Notes: generated from the letters alone by a model not told the origin. Positions 28,690-42,429 are shown, numbered from the whole stretch's first letter. The stretch: 63,891 bases of DNA, filler included, from Thermodesulfobacteriota bacterium (GCA_036381125.1; 7 parts of 7 records of this genome joined end to end with filler, not necessarily neighbours in it); one strand, 5' to 3'. Translations and numbers: made by a program.

Positions 28690-29784
28690 TCATCCCCCGG
28701 CGCGCGCGGGACCGGTGTTGCGCGCGGCGGCCGCGACGACGCGCCGCTGCCGCCTGAACTGCGACACCCGCCGCCGCACGAGCGTGAACCGTGCGAAGCC
28801 GCGCGCCCAGCGACGGGGCAACGCGGGCAGGAGCGCGAGCCACGCGGTCACGGCGAGCCGCCCGGCGAGGTCCCGGACGCCGCCGCGCGGCGGCTGCCAC
28901 GCCGCGCGAATGCTCCGGGAGACGAGCCAGAGGGGGCTCTCGCCGGGTCGGGGGTAGCGCTCCGGGTAGGCCACCCGGAGCGCGACGCGGAGCTTGGCGT
29001 GGAAGACGCTCCGAAGGGCGAGGTGCTCCTCGACCGGAAGCCCGAGCGTACGCGCCAGCGCCACCATGGCCGCCTCGCGCTCGAGGGCGCAGCGGACCTC
29101 GTGGACGAGGCGCTCCTCGAAGCTCGGCCGGAAGTTGACCCAGGCGTTCTCCCCGTGCACCCGGTAGAAGCCGAGCGGCTCGTCGAGCGAGACGACCTCG
29201 CCCAGGAGCGCCGCGAGGCCGCTGATGTACGCGTCCGCCGAGTAGCGCCAGGACCGCTCGGGGACCGGGAAGAACCGCGTCAGCGCCTCGCGGCTGTAGC
29301 AGCACCCGCTCATGGGGGGCCTCGTGTACTCGAAGCGCGAGAGGAGCAGGCGCCGCAGGTCTCCGTTCGGCATCGGGGAGCGCGCCGTGGGGTTGAAGGC
29401 CGGCTCCGGCACCCCCTCGCCGTTCAGGATCTGGAGGCGGTACTGGACCACCGCCACGCCCGGACGCCACGCCCGGGCGACGCGCGACGCCACCTCGGGC
29501 GACAGGCAGTCGTCCGCGTCGAGGAAGATCACCAGGTCCCCCCGGCCCGCCGCCAGGCCGGCGTTGCAGGCGGACGCCTGCCCGCCGTTGGCCTTGAGCA
29601 CCGGGACGATCCGATCCCCGTAGCCGGCGATCACGTCGCGGGACTCGTCGGTGGAGCCGTCGTCGACCACGATGACCGTGGTGTGCGGGTAGGTCTGGCC
29701 GAGCGCGCCGTCGATGGCGGCGCGGAGGAACCGGCCGTAGTTGTAGTTGTTGACGACGATGTCGACCGAGGGCGCTTCGGTCAT
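28690..29784 (-). CDS. Glycosyltransferase family 2
   Basis: NNYNYGRFL, VVDDGSTD, FLDADD, YRVHGEN. Confidence 0.92.
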   Translation of the reverse strand: MTEAPSVDIVVNNYNYGRFLRAAIDGALGQTYPHTTVIVVDDGSTDESRDVIAGYGDRIVPVLKANGGQASACNAGLAAGRGDLVIFLDADDCLSPEVASRVARAWRPGVAVVQYRLQILNGEGVPEPAFNPTARSPMPNGDLRRLLLSRFEYTRPPMSGCCYSREALTRFFPVPERSWRYSADAYISGLAALLGEVVSLDEPLGFYRVHGENAWVNFRPSFEERLVHEVRCALEREAAMVALARTLGLPVEEHLALRSVFHAKLRVALRVAYPERYPRPGESPLWLVSRSIRAAWQPPRGGVRDLAGRLAVTAWLALLPALPRRWARGFARFTLVRRRVSQFRRQRRVVAAAARNTGPARAGG

Positions 29785-29787
29785 CGA

Positions 29788-31161
29788 TCACCCGCGCACG
29801 CTCCGGGCGAGCCGCGCAAGCTCCCGCCACGTCGCCGGCAGCAGGGCCGGCACGGCCAGACCGCCGAGCGCCCACCACCCCAGGTACGGCTCGAAGAGCG
29901 CGAGCGCGAAGCCGGCCCACCAGACCGCGGCGAGCCCGTACTCCGGGCGGCCCACCTGCCGCACGACCGACCCGTGGACGACACTGTAGCTCGCGATCGC
30001 CGCCACCTCGGCCCACCCGTAGCCGACGGCGCCGAGGTCCGGGACCAGGAGCCAGGCCGCCGCCACCAGGAGCCCCGTGTGCACCGCGTGGAAGACGACG
30101 ACGTCCCAGTTGCGGCCGAGCGTGTAGAGTGCCGACGAGTGCAGGCTGAAGAAGGCGTTGGTGAGGAGGCCGAACGCGAGGAACGGGTAGATCCGCGCGA
30201 CGGCGTCCCAGCTCCGCCCGAGCGCGAGCGGGATCGCCCAGGGCGCCGCCAGGCCGAAGCCGACGAGGAGCGGTCCGATGGCCAGCACCTGCAGCCGCAT
30301 CCCCTCGCCGATCGCCCGGCTCAGCCGGCTCCTGTCGCCGTGCAGCCGGGCGAGCGCCGGCAAGGAGATGCGCCACGCGGCGTTCTTGATGAAGCTCAGC
30401 GCCTCGGCAAAGCGGCCCGCCAGGGCCACGGCCCCCACCGCCTCCGCCCCGGCGTAGCGTCCGACGATGAAGGGGCTCACGAGGCCCCGCGCGTCCCAGA
30501 CCCAGCCGGACACCGAGAAGCCGACGCCGTAGGCGAGCATGCGCCTCACCACGGCGCGGTCCCAGTGCAGGCGCGGCCGGAACCGGGCGCCGCGAAGCTG
30601 GAGCACCAGCGCGAGCAGGTTCTGCGCCCACCATCCGCCGACGGCGGCCCAGACGCCCGCCCCCACGGCCGCGAGCGGCAGCGAGGCGGCGAAGTACATC
30701 AGGCGGGTGCCGACCTCGATCATCGCCACCCGCTTGAAGTCGAGCCGCCGCTCCAGGCGCGCGAGCGCGACGTCGCCGGCGAGCCAGAGCGGCAGCCAGG
30801 GAAGCATGACCCCCGCGACGCGGCCGAACCCCTCGATGCGGATCCAGCGCTCGAGCAGGGGGAGGCCGGCGAGGCCGATCAGCGCGCCCGCGACGCCGAG
30901 CGCGAGCAGCAGGGTGAACCCCTGCGCGTACTCCTCCTCGCGCTCCTCGCCCTCGCGGCGTACCAGGTAGGTCGCCACGCCCCACTCGCAGAGCCCGCGC
31001 AGGTACTCGAAGACCCCCGCGGCTGCCACGTAGAGCCCGTAGTCGGCCGGACCGATCGCTCGGCTGAGCACGAGGAGGCCGACGAGACCGATCGGCATGA
31101 CGATCCCATGCCGGATCGCCAGATAGAGCCCGCCTCGCAGCACCTGAGCGCGCAACTGCAC
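29788..31161 (-). CDS. Oligosaccharide flippase (Wzx/MOP family)
   Basis: Multi-TM, GPADYGLY, LERRLDFKRVA. Confidence 0.85.
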   Translation of the reverse strand: MQLRAQVLRGGLYLAIRHGIVMPIGLVGLLVLSRAIGPADYGLYVAAAGVFEYLRGLCEWGVATYLVRREGEEREEEYAQGFTLLLALGVAGALIGLAGLPLLERWIRIEGFGRVAGVMLPWLPLWLAGDVALARLERRLDFKRVAMIEVGTRLMYFAASLPLAAVGAGVWAAVGGWWAQNLLALVLQLRGARFRPRLHWDRAVVRRMLAYGVGFSVSGWVWDARGLVSPFIVGRYAGAEAVGAVALAGRFAEALSFIKNAAWRISLPALARLHGDRSRLSRAIGEGMRLQVLAIGPLLVGFGLAAPWAIPLALGRSWDAVARIYPFLAFGLLTNAFFSLHSSALYTLGRNWDVVVFHAVHTGLLVAAAWLLVPDLGAVGYGWAEVAAIASYSVVHGSVVRQVGRPEYGLAAVWWAGFALALFEPYLGWWALGGLAVPALLPATWRELARLARSVRG

Positions 31162-31252
31162 CGGCCCAATCTACTCCCGATCGGGCACGGTCTGCTTGCG
31201 CGGCGCGGCCGGCCGTGCGACGCTGGGCGCGAAGGCAACCCGGGAGCGCGCG

Positions 31253-32311
31253 GTGACGGGGCGGCAGCTTCGGCGCAGCCTGAGGATCGGCATCGAGGAC
31301 GCGCTGCACAACCTCCGATACCGGGGGGCGAGCCGTCGGATCCTCGTGGTCCGGCACGCCGCCCGGTACAAGCGCATCTACAACTCGCACTTCCTCGCGT
31401 GGGTGCGCGCCCGCGTGCCGGCCGCGGCGCCGCTCTTCGAGCTCCGCCGGCTCCCGTGCCGCGTCGGCGACTGGCGGCGCTACGCGCTCTTCCTCCCCTG
31501 GCTCCAGGATCCCCTGAACCGGTTCGACCCCCGGCTCTATCGCTACGCGAGGGAGATGGAGCGCCGGTGCGAGGCGCTCGGGATCCCCGTGGTGAACCCG
31601 GTCGACGCGCTGTCGCGCTCGGTCAAGTCGGTCGCCTCGGAGATCATGAGGGCCGCGGGCGTGCGCACGCCGCGCATGGTGCCCATCGCGGACGTCGAGG
31701 TGTTCCGGAAGACGCTCGGCGGCCTGGCGCCGCCCGTCATCGTCCGCGAGGACGACCGCCATCGCGGCGCGTCGTTCCTCGTCGAGCGCCCGGCCGACCT
31801 CGATCGCGTGCCGTTCGAGCGGCTCTCCGCCCCGGTCGCCGTCGAGTTCGTCGACGTCCGCAGCCCCGACGGGCTCTACCGCGCCTATCGCTACCTCGCG
31901 ATCGGCGACCGCGGCTTCCCCTGCTTCCTCGCCGTGTCACCGTCGTGGGAGGCGCGCGGCGAGGACGAACCGACGGACACGGCGGTCGAGGAGGAACTCG
32001 CGTTCCTGAACGGGGACGACCCGAACCACGACGCCTTGCAGCACGCGCGACGCGCGCTCGGCTTCGACATCGTCGCCTTCGACTACAGCTACGACGCGGA
32101 GGGGCGGCTCGTCGTCTGGGAGGCGAACCCGTTCCCGACGATCTGGGGACAGGACAACTACCTGGCCTACATGCGCTACGCCGACCCGTTCATCGAGCGG
32201 ATCTACGTCGGCCTGCTCACCTACTACCTCGAGCGCGCCGGCATGGCGGCGTCGATCCCGATGCCCGTCCGGGGCGCCGGGGCCGCCCTCGACACCCTCT
32301 TCGGCGTCTAG
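31253..32311 (+). CDS. ATP-grasp-like hypothetical protein
   Basis: VVNP..K, GVRTP, PVIVRED, EFVD, AFDY, WEAN (ATP-grasp ExN-like end). Confidence 0.6.
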   Translation: MTGRQLRRSLRIGIEDALHNLRYRGASRRILVVRHAARYKRIYNSHFLAWVRARVPAAAPLFELRRLPCRVGDWRRYALFLPWLQDPLNRFDPRLYRYAREMERRCEALGIPVVNPVDALSRSVKSVASEIMRAAGVRTPRMVPIADVEVFRKTLGGLAPPVIVREDDRHRGASFLVERPADLDRVPFERLSAPVAVEFVDVRSPDGLYRAYRYLAIGDRGFPCFLAVSPSWEARGEDEPTDTAVEEELAFLNGDDPNHDALQHARRALGFDIVAFDYSYDAEGRLVVWEANPFPTIWGQDNYLAYMRYADPFIERIYVGLLTYYLERAGMAASIPMPVRGAGAALDTLFGV

Positions 32312-32424
32312 TGCCCGGCTGCACGGGCCGGTGGCGAGACCAACCGGCGCGCGCCGACCGCCGGCAGACGGTCACGGCGACGCGGTGGACCGGGCAGAGC
32401 CGCTCGAGGCGGCAAACGACGCGT

Positions 32425-32478
32425 GGAAAATGGAAAGACCTGACCCCATGGAAAATGGAAAGACCTGACCCCGTGGAA
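32425..32478. repeat. REP-like cluster, same 23-bp family
   Basis: GGAAAATGGAAAGACCTGACCCC at 32425 and 32450 (25-bp period) plus partial third; between convergent genes. Confidence 0.9.
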
Positions 32479-33810
32479 CTAGAGGAGCACGCCGCCGAGT
32501 ATCAGCATCGCCACGGTGAAGTAGATGACGAGGCCGGTCACGTCGACGACCGTGGCCACGAAGGGGGCCGAGGCGCTCGCGGGGTCGAAGCCGAGCCGGC
32601 GCAGGACGAAGGGGAGCATGGCGCCGGTCATGGTGCCGAAGAGGACGACGCCGACGAGGCTCGCCGCCACGGTGAGACCGATCAGGACGTAGTGCTCGCC
32701 GTACGCGCGGAAGAGCCACTCCCACGCGAGCACCCGGGCGAGGCCGCCCAGGCCGAGGATCAGGCCGAGGGCGAGGCCGGAGAACGCCTCGCGCCGGAGC
32801 ACCCGCCACCAGTTCCGCAGCCGGACCTCTCCCAGCGCCATGGCCCGGATCACGAGGGTGGACGCCTGCGACCCGGAGTTGCCGCCGCTGCTGATGATGA
32901 GCGGCACGAAGAGGGCGAGCACGACCGCCCGAGCGATCTCGTCCTCGAAGCCGGCCATGGCGGACGCGGTGAGCATCTCGCCGAGGAAGAGGACCGAGAG
33001 CCACCCGGCCCGCTTCCGGAGCAGCTCGGCGAAGCCGACCTCGAGGTAGGGCGCCTCGAGCGCCTCGGTGCCGCCGATCTTCTGGATGTCCTCGGTCGCC
33101 TCCTCCTGCACCACGTCGACGATGTCGTCGACGGTGACGATCCCCTTCATGCGGCCGTCGGCGTCGACGACCGGGATGGCGATGAGGTCGTGCTGCGCGA
33201 AGAGGCGGCTCACGGCCTCCTGGTCCATCTGCTCGGGGACGGTCACGACGTCGGTCCGCATGATGTCGCGGACCTTGCGCTCGGGAGGCGCCGCGAAGAG
33301 CTGGTGGAGCGAGGCGACGCCGAGGAGGCGCCGGTCGGCGTCGATGACGTAGAGGTAGTAGATCGTGCCGAGCTGCTCGCGGACCTGGCGACGGAGGTAG
33401 CGGATCGCCTCGTCCACGGTCATCTCGGGGCGCAGGCGGGCGTACCGGGGGTTCATGAGGCCGCCGGCGGCGTCCTCGGCGTAGGCCAGGAGGGCGGTGA
33501 CCTCCACGCGGGTGGTCCAGTCGAGCAGGGCCAGGAGCCCGTCCCGATGCTCGGGGGGGGACGCCTGGATCACGTCGGCCGCATCGTCCGGGGGGACGAG
33601 GCGGATCCACGACCGCCGGTCCGACGCCGGAAGGGCGAGCAGCAGCTCGGCCTGATCGCGCGCGGGCAGGCTCAGGAAGAAGTCCTCGGCCTCGGGGCGC
33701 GGCAGGAGCCTGAAGCCCTCGAGCCGCTCCTCGAGGGAGAGGACCGGCCAGGCGTCGGCCAGCTCGGACGGCCCGATCGGCGCGGCGTCGGGCGAGAGGT
33801 CGATCGTCAT
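32479..33810 (-). CDS. mgtE: Magnesium transporter MgtE
   Basis: AGGLM, CBS pair, VDDIVDV, PLIISSGGNSGSQ, DPASASAPFVATVVDVTG. Confidence 0.95.
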   Translation of the reverse strand: MTIDLSPDAAPIGPSELADAWPVLSLEERLEGFRLLPRPEAEDFFLSLPARDQAELLLALPASDRRSWIRLVPPDDAADVIQASPPEHRDGLLALLDWTTRVEVTALLAYAEDAAGGLMNPRYARLRPEMTVDEAIRYLRRQVREQLGTIYYLYVIDADRRLLGVASLHQLFAAPPERKVRDIMRTDVVTVPEQMDQEAVSRLFAQHDLIAIPVVDADGRMKGIVTVDDIVDVVQEEATEDIQKIGGTEALEAPYLEVGFAELLRKRAGWLSVLFLGEMLTASAMAGFEDEIARAVVLALFVPLIISSGGNSGSQASTLVIRAMALGEVRLRNWWRVLRREAFSGLALGLILGLGGLARVLAWEWLFRAYGEHYVLIGLTVAASLVGVVLFGTMTGAMLPFVLRRLGFDPASASAPFVATVVDVTGLVIYFTVAMLILGGVLL

Positions 33811-33932
33811 CGGCGCCCGCCGAACGTGTGACGCCCTGCCATCGCGATCCCCACCGAACGGCGCGCGCGCGCCTCGTCCCGCCGGGGACCGTGGCACGGT
33901 CCCCGGCAGGTGTCAAGGGCAGATCGGCGGGT

Positions 33933-34931
33933 CTACTGCGCGTGGACGCGGCGGGGGACGTGGAACCACGCGGCGTCGCACGCGGCGAGCGTCTCGTCGT
34001 CGAACGTGAAGCTCGTCGCCGCCAGGGTGGCGTCGAGCTGCTCGGGCCGGGAGGCGCCGACGATGGCCGACGTGATGCCGGGCTGGCGCAGCACCCAGGC
34101 CACGGCTGCCGTCGCCAGGGACTGGCCCCGCCGCTCGAAGAGCGGCCTGAGGGTCTCCACCACCTCGAACTGCGCGGCCTCCCAGTAGCGCTCCCGGTAG
34201 GTCTCCCCCGCCTTGCCGAGCGTGAAGCGGGTGCCCTCCACCGGCGCCTGTCCCTTCCGGTACTTGCCGGACAGGAAGCCGCCGGCGAGCGGGTTGTAGG
34301 CGATCACCCCGATCCCCTCGGCGCGGCAGAGCGGCAGGAGCTCGGCGTCGGCCTCCCGGTAGAGCAGGTTGTAGCGGGGCTGGAGGCAGTCGAACCGGGC
34401 GATGCCGAGGCGGTCGCTCACCCAGAGGGACTTCGCGAGCTGCCAGGCCTTGAAGTTCGAGCAGCCGGCGTATCGCACCTTTCCGGCCCGGATGAAGTCG
34501 TCCATCGCGCGCAGCGTCTCGTCGATGGGCGTCTCGGGGTCCCAGCGGTGGACCTGGTAGAGGTCCACGTAGTCGGTCCCGAGGCGACGCAGGCTCGCGT
34601 CGAGGGCGGCCGTCAGGTGCTTGCGGGAGCTGCCCCGGTCGGTGGGGCGCGGGCTCATCGGGTCGTGCCCCTTGGTCGCCAGGACGATGTCGTCGCGCCG
34701 GCGGCGCTCCCGCAGCCAGCGGCCGACGATCTCCTCCGTCCGGCCGACGGTCGCGAAGCTGTGGGGCAGCGGGTAGACGTCGGCCGTGTCGAAGAACGTC
34801 ACGCCGCCGTCGAACGCACGGTCCATGATGCGGAACGAGGTCGCCTCGTCGCACTGCACGCCGAAGGTCATCGTCCCGAGGCAGATCTCCGATACCTTGA
34901 GGCCCGTCCGGCCCATCCTCACCGTCTTCAT
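33933..34931 (-). CDS. Aldo/keto reductase
   Basis: GRTGLKVSEICLGTMTFG, FDTADVY, LGTDYVDLYQVH, PLAGGFL. Confidence 0.93.
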   Translation of the reverse strand: MKTVRMGRTGLKVSEICLGTMTFGVQCDEATSFRIMDRAFDGGVTFFDTADVYPLPHSFATVGRTEEIVGRWLRERRRRDDIVLATKGHDPMSPRPTDRGSSRKHLTAALDASLRRLGTDYVDLYQVHRWDPETPIDETLRAMDDFIRAGKVRYAGCSNFKAWQLAKSLWVSDRLGIARFDCLQPRYNLLYREADAELLPLCRAEGIGVIAYNPLAGGFLSGKYRKGQAPVEGTRFTLGKAGETYRERYWEAAQFEVVETLRPLFERRGQSLATAAVAWVLRQPGITSAIVGASRPEQLDATLAATSFTFDDETLAACDAAWFHVPRRVHAQ

Positions 34932-34957
34932 CAGGCTCCTTCGACAGCTCGCGGTGG

Positions 34958-35236
34958 TCAGTCGAGGTCGGCCGGCGAGAGGCGGCCGGCCGCCGTGAAA
35001 CGGCCCTCCCGCCGCGGGGTCGGGACGACCGCCTCCCCCGACGCAGGGTAGACGCCGGTGAGGGCCGAGAGGCTCGACCGGTGCGTCACCGGCACCGGGT
35101 CGCCCCCCTCGGGCGGCTCGCCGACGAGACGCCGGACCGCGGCCGCCTGCTCGGGCTCCCGGTCCAGGTTGCCGAAGCGGGAGTCGAGCGGCGGCCAGGA
35201 CCCGGCCTGCCCGAAGGCGAGGCGTCGTGCCCGCAC
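34958..35236 (-). pseudogene. C-terminal remnant of a histidine phosphatase (PGM-family) gene
   Basis: PPLDSRF..EPEQAAAVR..VTH..LSALTGVYPASGEAVV; no N-terminal RHG motif. Confidence 0.5.
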
Positions 35237-35238
35237 GG

Positions 35239-36243
35239 TCAGAGGGGGACCTCGCGACCGACCCCCCGCGCCTCGGCCAGGCGGACGGCGAGCGTGGCGA
35301 CGGCCAGGTCCTCGATGGCCGCGCCGACCGACTTGAAGAGCAGCACCTCGTCCGGCCCGCGGCGGCCTTCGGCTCGCCCCGAGACCAGATCGGCGAGGTC
35401 GCCGGCGATGTCCTCGCGGCCGAACGCCCCCTCCCCGATGGGGATGAGGAGGTCGCCCGCCTCCGCCAGCGCACCCTCGTACGTGTCCACGTACACGCGG
35501 GCGCGCCGGATCGCCTCCGTGTCGGCCTCCCGCGTCGTGGGCGTGAAGGCCCCCACCAGGGCGACGAAGGCGCCCGGCTTGAGGGCCACACCGTGCACGA
35601 CCGGGGTCGGGCTCGTGGTGGCGCCGACGACGATGTCGGCCTCCGCCACGGCCGCGTCCGCGTCGGTCGTCGCCTCGACGACGAGCCCCGGGTGCCTGGC
35701 GCGCGCCGCGGCGGCGAAGCGCTCCGCGCTGGCAATCGAGCGGGCGACGACGACGACGCGGGTAATCGCCCTGATGCCGAGCATCGCCTCGAGGTGGGAC
35801 GACGCCTGGACGCCGGCTCCGAGGAGCGCCAGGGTCGAGGCGTCGGCGCGAGCCAGCCGGGTGGCGGCGAGCGCCGAGGCGGCGGCCGTCCGCAGGCCGG
35901 TGAGCCACCCCGCCTCCAGGAGCGCGACGGGGCGCCCGGTTGCCGCGTCCTGAAGCAGGAAGACGGCGTGGATGAGCGGCAGCCCGCGCGCCGGGTTGCC
36001 GGGGAAGACCGAGACGACCTTGGCCCCCGAGGCGCCGCCCCCGGCGCCGCCCGGTCGCTGCACCGCCGGCATGTACAGGATGACGCCGCCGGCCGCCGCG
36101 CCGTCGCCCGGCACCGCCACCGGCAGCCGGACCGGCGCGTCCATCCGCCCCTCGGCCGAGGCGAGGAACGCCGCCTCGAGCGCGTCGAGCGCGGCGCGGG
36201 GGGTCAGCAGGCTCTCGAGATCGGCGCGGGAGAGGACCCTCAC
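35239..36243 (-). CDS. Ornithine cyclodeaminase/mu-crystallin family protein
   Basis: KVVSVFPGN, LTGLRTAAAS, GAGVQA, EAGDL, FKSVGAAIEDLA. Confidence 0.92.
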   Translation of the reverse strand: MRVLSRADLESLLTPRAALDALEAAFLASAEGRMDAPVRLPVAVPGDGAAAGGVILYMPAVQRPGGAGGGASGAKVVSVFPGNPARGLPLIHAVFLLQDAATGRPVALLEAGWLTGLRTAAASALAATRLARADASTLALLGAGVQASSHLEAMLGIRAITRVVVVARSIASAERFAAAARARHPGLVVEATTDADAAVAEADIVVGATTSPTPVVHGVALKPGAFVALVGAFTPTTREADTEAIRRARVYVDTYEGALAEAGDLLIPIGEGAFGREDIAGDLADLVSGRAEGRRGPDEVLLFKSVGAAIEDLAVATLAVRLAEARGVGREVPL

Positions 36244-36328
36244 GACCCGGCCCTCGCGTCTGCCCGGACCGCGCCGGCAACGCCGGCGCTCCGGCCGGCT
36301 CGGGCGAGGAGAGCGGCCGTCGCCACGA

Positions 36329-37036
<708 letters not shown>

Positions 37037-37046
37037 CGGCAGTTTC

Positions 37047-37377
37047 CTCCAACGGCTCGCGGCCGGCGTCCGCTCCGGCCGGGGTGAACCCGGCCTCCGC
37101 TCGTCGGCGCGCCTGCGGCGCACCAACCGCCTGAGGCCGCTCGCCTCTGCGGCGCCTCACGGCGCCGCTTCCGTCAACGGCTCGCGGCCGGCCTCCGCTC
37201 CGGCCGGGGTGAACCCGGCCTCCGCTCCTCGGCGGCCCTGCGGGCCGCCAACCGCCTGAGGCCGCTCGCCTCGGCGGCGCCTCACGGCGCCGCCTCCCTC
37301 AACGGCTCGCGGCCGGCCTCCGCTCCGGCCGGGGTGAACCCGGCCTCCGCTCGTCGGCGCGCCTGCGGCGCGCCAAC
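37047..37377 (-). repeat. Structured tandem repeat (125-bp period), runs to contig end
   Basis: CAACGGCTCGCGG at 37050, 37175, 37300; same family as 21746-22013. Confidence 0.92.
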
Positions 37378-37477
37378 NNNNNNNNNNNNNNNNNNNNNNN
37401 NNNNNNNNNNNNNNNNNNNNNTTAATTAATTAANNNNNNNNNNNNNNNNNNNNNNNNNNNNNNNNNNNNNNNNNNNN
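37378..37477. other. Artificial contig spacer
   Basis: N run with linker. Confidence 0.99.
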
Positions 37478-38521
37478 GGCCTCGGCGATGCGCGACTCGA
37501 GCGCCTCGAGCGCCGCCAGCTCCTCCGCCATGCCGGCGGCGAGGGTCAACAGCTCGGCCACGCTCTGCACGCCGTGGCGGCGCTTGAGCCGCGAGAGGAG
37601 CGCCAGGCGCGTCTCGACCTCGTCGAGCCGTCCCGCCTCGGCGTCGACGCTCGAGGCGTAGCTGCGCAGGCCGACGCCCAGCTCCTGTACCGTTCGCAGC
37701 GCCGACTCGAGGTCCGCGACCGCGGCCTCCTGCGAGGGGTCGAGCCGCGAGAGGACGCGGGCCGACTCGAGCGCCTCGCCGATCTTCGCCACGGCCGAGT
37801 CCTCGGCGCCGTAGAGCAGCTCGTGGGCGGCCTCGGCCGCCGCCCGCCGCTTCTCGGCCGACGCGAGAAGCCTGCGCTCCTCCTGGAGCCGCTCCTCCTC
37901 GTCCGGGTCGAGCGCGGCGGCTTCGAGCTCCTCGACCTGGTGCCGCAGGACGTCGGCCCGCTCGCCCCGCCGGGTCTCGGCGTCGCGCAGCTCGGCCAGG
38001 CGCCCGACCGCCTGCCGCCAGGCCTCGTACCGCGCCGCGTAGGCGCGCCGCGGCTCGCCCAGGCGCGCGTAGGCGTCGAGGAGGTCGAGGTGGGTGTCCG
38101 GGCGCAAGAGCCGCTGCGACTCGTGCTGGCCGGCGATGGCGACGAGCCGGTCGCCGATGCCGGCCAGCATGGCCGCGGTGGCCGGCCCACCGTTGAGGTA
38201 CGTGCGGCTGCGCCCCGCGCGGGACAGGGTCCGCTTGACGACCAGCTCGCCCGCCTCCGCCCCCTCGACCCCCATCTCGACCAGCCGGGCGACGAGGGGC
38301 TCGTCGCCCGCGATGTCGAAGCGAGCCTCGACCGTCGCCTCCTCCGCGCCGGCCCGGATCAGGTCCGCGGACGCGCGCGCCCCGAGGAGCAGGTTCAGCG
38401 TGTCCACGATGATCGACTTGCCGGCGCCGGTCTCGCCCGTGAGCACCGTGAGCCCGGCGCCCAGCTCGAGCTCGAGCGACTCGATGACGGCGACCTGCCG
38501 GATCCTCAGCCCCGACAGCAT
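37478..38521 (-). CDS. recN: DNA repair protein RecN (3' truncated)
   Basis: LTGETGAGKSI, GQHE, coiled coil; downstream of NAD kinase. Confidence 0.93.
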
Positions 38522-38543
38522 CCCCTCGACACCTCTCGCGGGC

Positions 38544-39353
38544 CTACTGCCCGCCCCACTTGAGCTTGGTCCGGAGGACGTCGAAGTAGCTCCGGACCGG
38601 CGAATGGACGAGCGGCACGGTGGCCGCCGCGCGCCGCACCTCGACCACGTCGTGGGGCAGGACCGGGTAGCCGATCTGCCCGTCGAGCGTCAGCGCGACC
38701 TCGCCGTCGTCGCGGGTCCGGGTGACGGCCACCACCACGGAGTCGGGCACGACGAGGGGGCGCAGCGTGAGCGTGTGCGGCGCGATGGGCGTGATGAGGA
38801 TGGATCGGTCCTCGGGGTGGATGATCGGCCCGCCGGCCGAGAGCGAGTAGCCCGTCGAGCCGGTCGGGGTCGCCACGATGAGGCCGTCGCCGCGAAAGGT
38901 GGTGATGGGGGTCCCGTCCACGACCACGGTCAACTCGACCAGGCGGGCGAGGGCGACCTTGGTGAGGACGGCGTCGTTGAGCACCGTGTGCTCGGCGATC
39001 GTCTCGCCCCCCCGCGCGAGCCGCGCGGTGAGGAGCATCCGCTCGCTCACCGTGTAGTCGCCCGCGAGCACCCGCTCGAGGGCGTCCAGCATCTCGTCGG
39101 CCGTGACCTCCGTGAGGAAGCCGAGGCCGCCCAGGTTGACACCGAGGATGGGGACCGCGCGGCCGGCGACGAGACGCGCGGAGGCCAGGAGGGTGCCGTC
39201 GCCGCCGAGAACCACGACCAGGTCGAGGCCGTCCGGGGTGGCCGGGTTGCGCAGCGCCTCGCATCCCCTGGCCGCCAGCCAGCGCTCGAGCCCCTCCGCG
39301 ACGTCGGCCGCGGCCTTGCTGTCCGGCTTGGCGACGATCCCGACCCGACGCAC
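38544..39353 (-). CDS. nadK: NAD kinase
   Basis: GGDGTLL, GVNLGGLGFL, LND, TPTGSTGYSLSAGGP. Confidence 0.95.
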   Translation of the reverse strand: MRRVGIVAKPDSKAAADVAEGLERWLAARGCEALRNPATPDGLDLVVVLGGDGTLLASARLVAGRAVPILGVNLGGLGFLTEVTADEMLDALERVLAGDYTVSERMLLTARLARGGETIAEHTVLNDAVLTKVALARLVELTVVVDGTPITTFRGDGLIVATPTGSTGYSLSAGGPIIHPEDRSILITPIAPHTLTLRPLVVPDSVVVAVTRTRDDGEVALTLDGQIGYPVLPHDVVEVRRAAATVPLVHSPVRSYFDVLRTKLKWGGQ

Positions 39354-39477
39354 GAACTGGGCCCCCCGCCTGGCTCACGACCGAGCCGGCCGCCCGCCCG
39401 GACCGGTCCGGGCGGGGCCCCGGCACGTCGCCGAAGCCGCCACAGCCTAGCTCGCCCGGGCCGCAGGGCGCGCATAC

Positions 39478-39514
39478 AGAAAAGCCCGCGGGCGCATCGG
39501 GCGCCCGCGGGCTC
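39478..39514 (-). terminator. Rho-independent terminator after tRNA-Asp
   Basis: AGCCCGCGGGCGC / GCGCCCGCGGGCT stem followed by TTTCT on the minus strand. Confidence 0.8.
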
Positions 39515-39524
39515 TCGTCGAAAG

Positions 39525-39601
<77 letters not shown>

Positions 39602-39693
39602 ACATGTCCGCCCGGCGTGCGGCGGCCGGGCGGGCTCGACGAGCAATCATTATACGACAGGCCGGGGCCGGTTGAGAGAGGCGCCCGACACCC

Positions 39694-39769
39694 TGGTAGG
39701 CGGAACAGGGATCGAACCTGTGACCCTCGGCTTGTAAAGCCGATGCTCTCCCAGCTGAGCTATCCGCCC
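39694..39769 (-). tRNA. tRNA-Val(TAC)
   Basis: GGGCGGATAGCTCAGCTGG..TTTACAA..GTTCGATCC..CCA. Confidence 0.97.
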
Positions 39770-39808
39770 GAAAACACGCGCGCTTCGAGCGACCGGCGCG
39801 AACACAAA

Positions 39809-39837
39809 ATTCTAGACGCGTCGCGGGCGCGCGTCAA
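39809..39837 (-). promoter_or_regulatory. Sigma70 promoter of the tRNA genes
   Basis: TTGACG-N17-TAGAAT. Confidence 0.8.
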
Positions 39838-39981
39838 GGTCGGGTGGTCCCCCTGGCGCGAAGGCCGGGTTCGGCCCGGCCGGAGCAAGCGACCTGCCGG
39901 GGAGGTTCCGCCGCCCCGGCGGCGCGAATCGGTACCCGGCTGGCGAGTCGTCGGGCGGGGGGCGGAGCCCCCCTCCCGGCG

Positions 39982-42429
<2,448 letters not shown>

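Noticed and set aside
28546-33831. Very long alternative-frame ORFs (1761 aa here; also 17215-21543, 4898-8050, 13866-17006 etc.)
   Set aside because: Arg/Gly/Pro-rich shadow ORFs overlapping well-supported genes, expected at this GC content.
33811-33932. M-box riboswitch upstream of mgtE
   Set aside because: The intergenic region is short and lacks recognisable M-box motifs or a terminator.
37047-37377. 125-bp array as CRISPR
   Set aside because: Whole units are homologous; variable parts are self-complementary stems, not unique spacers.
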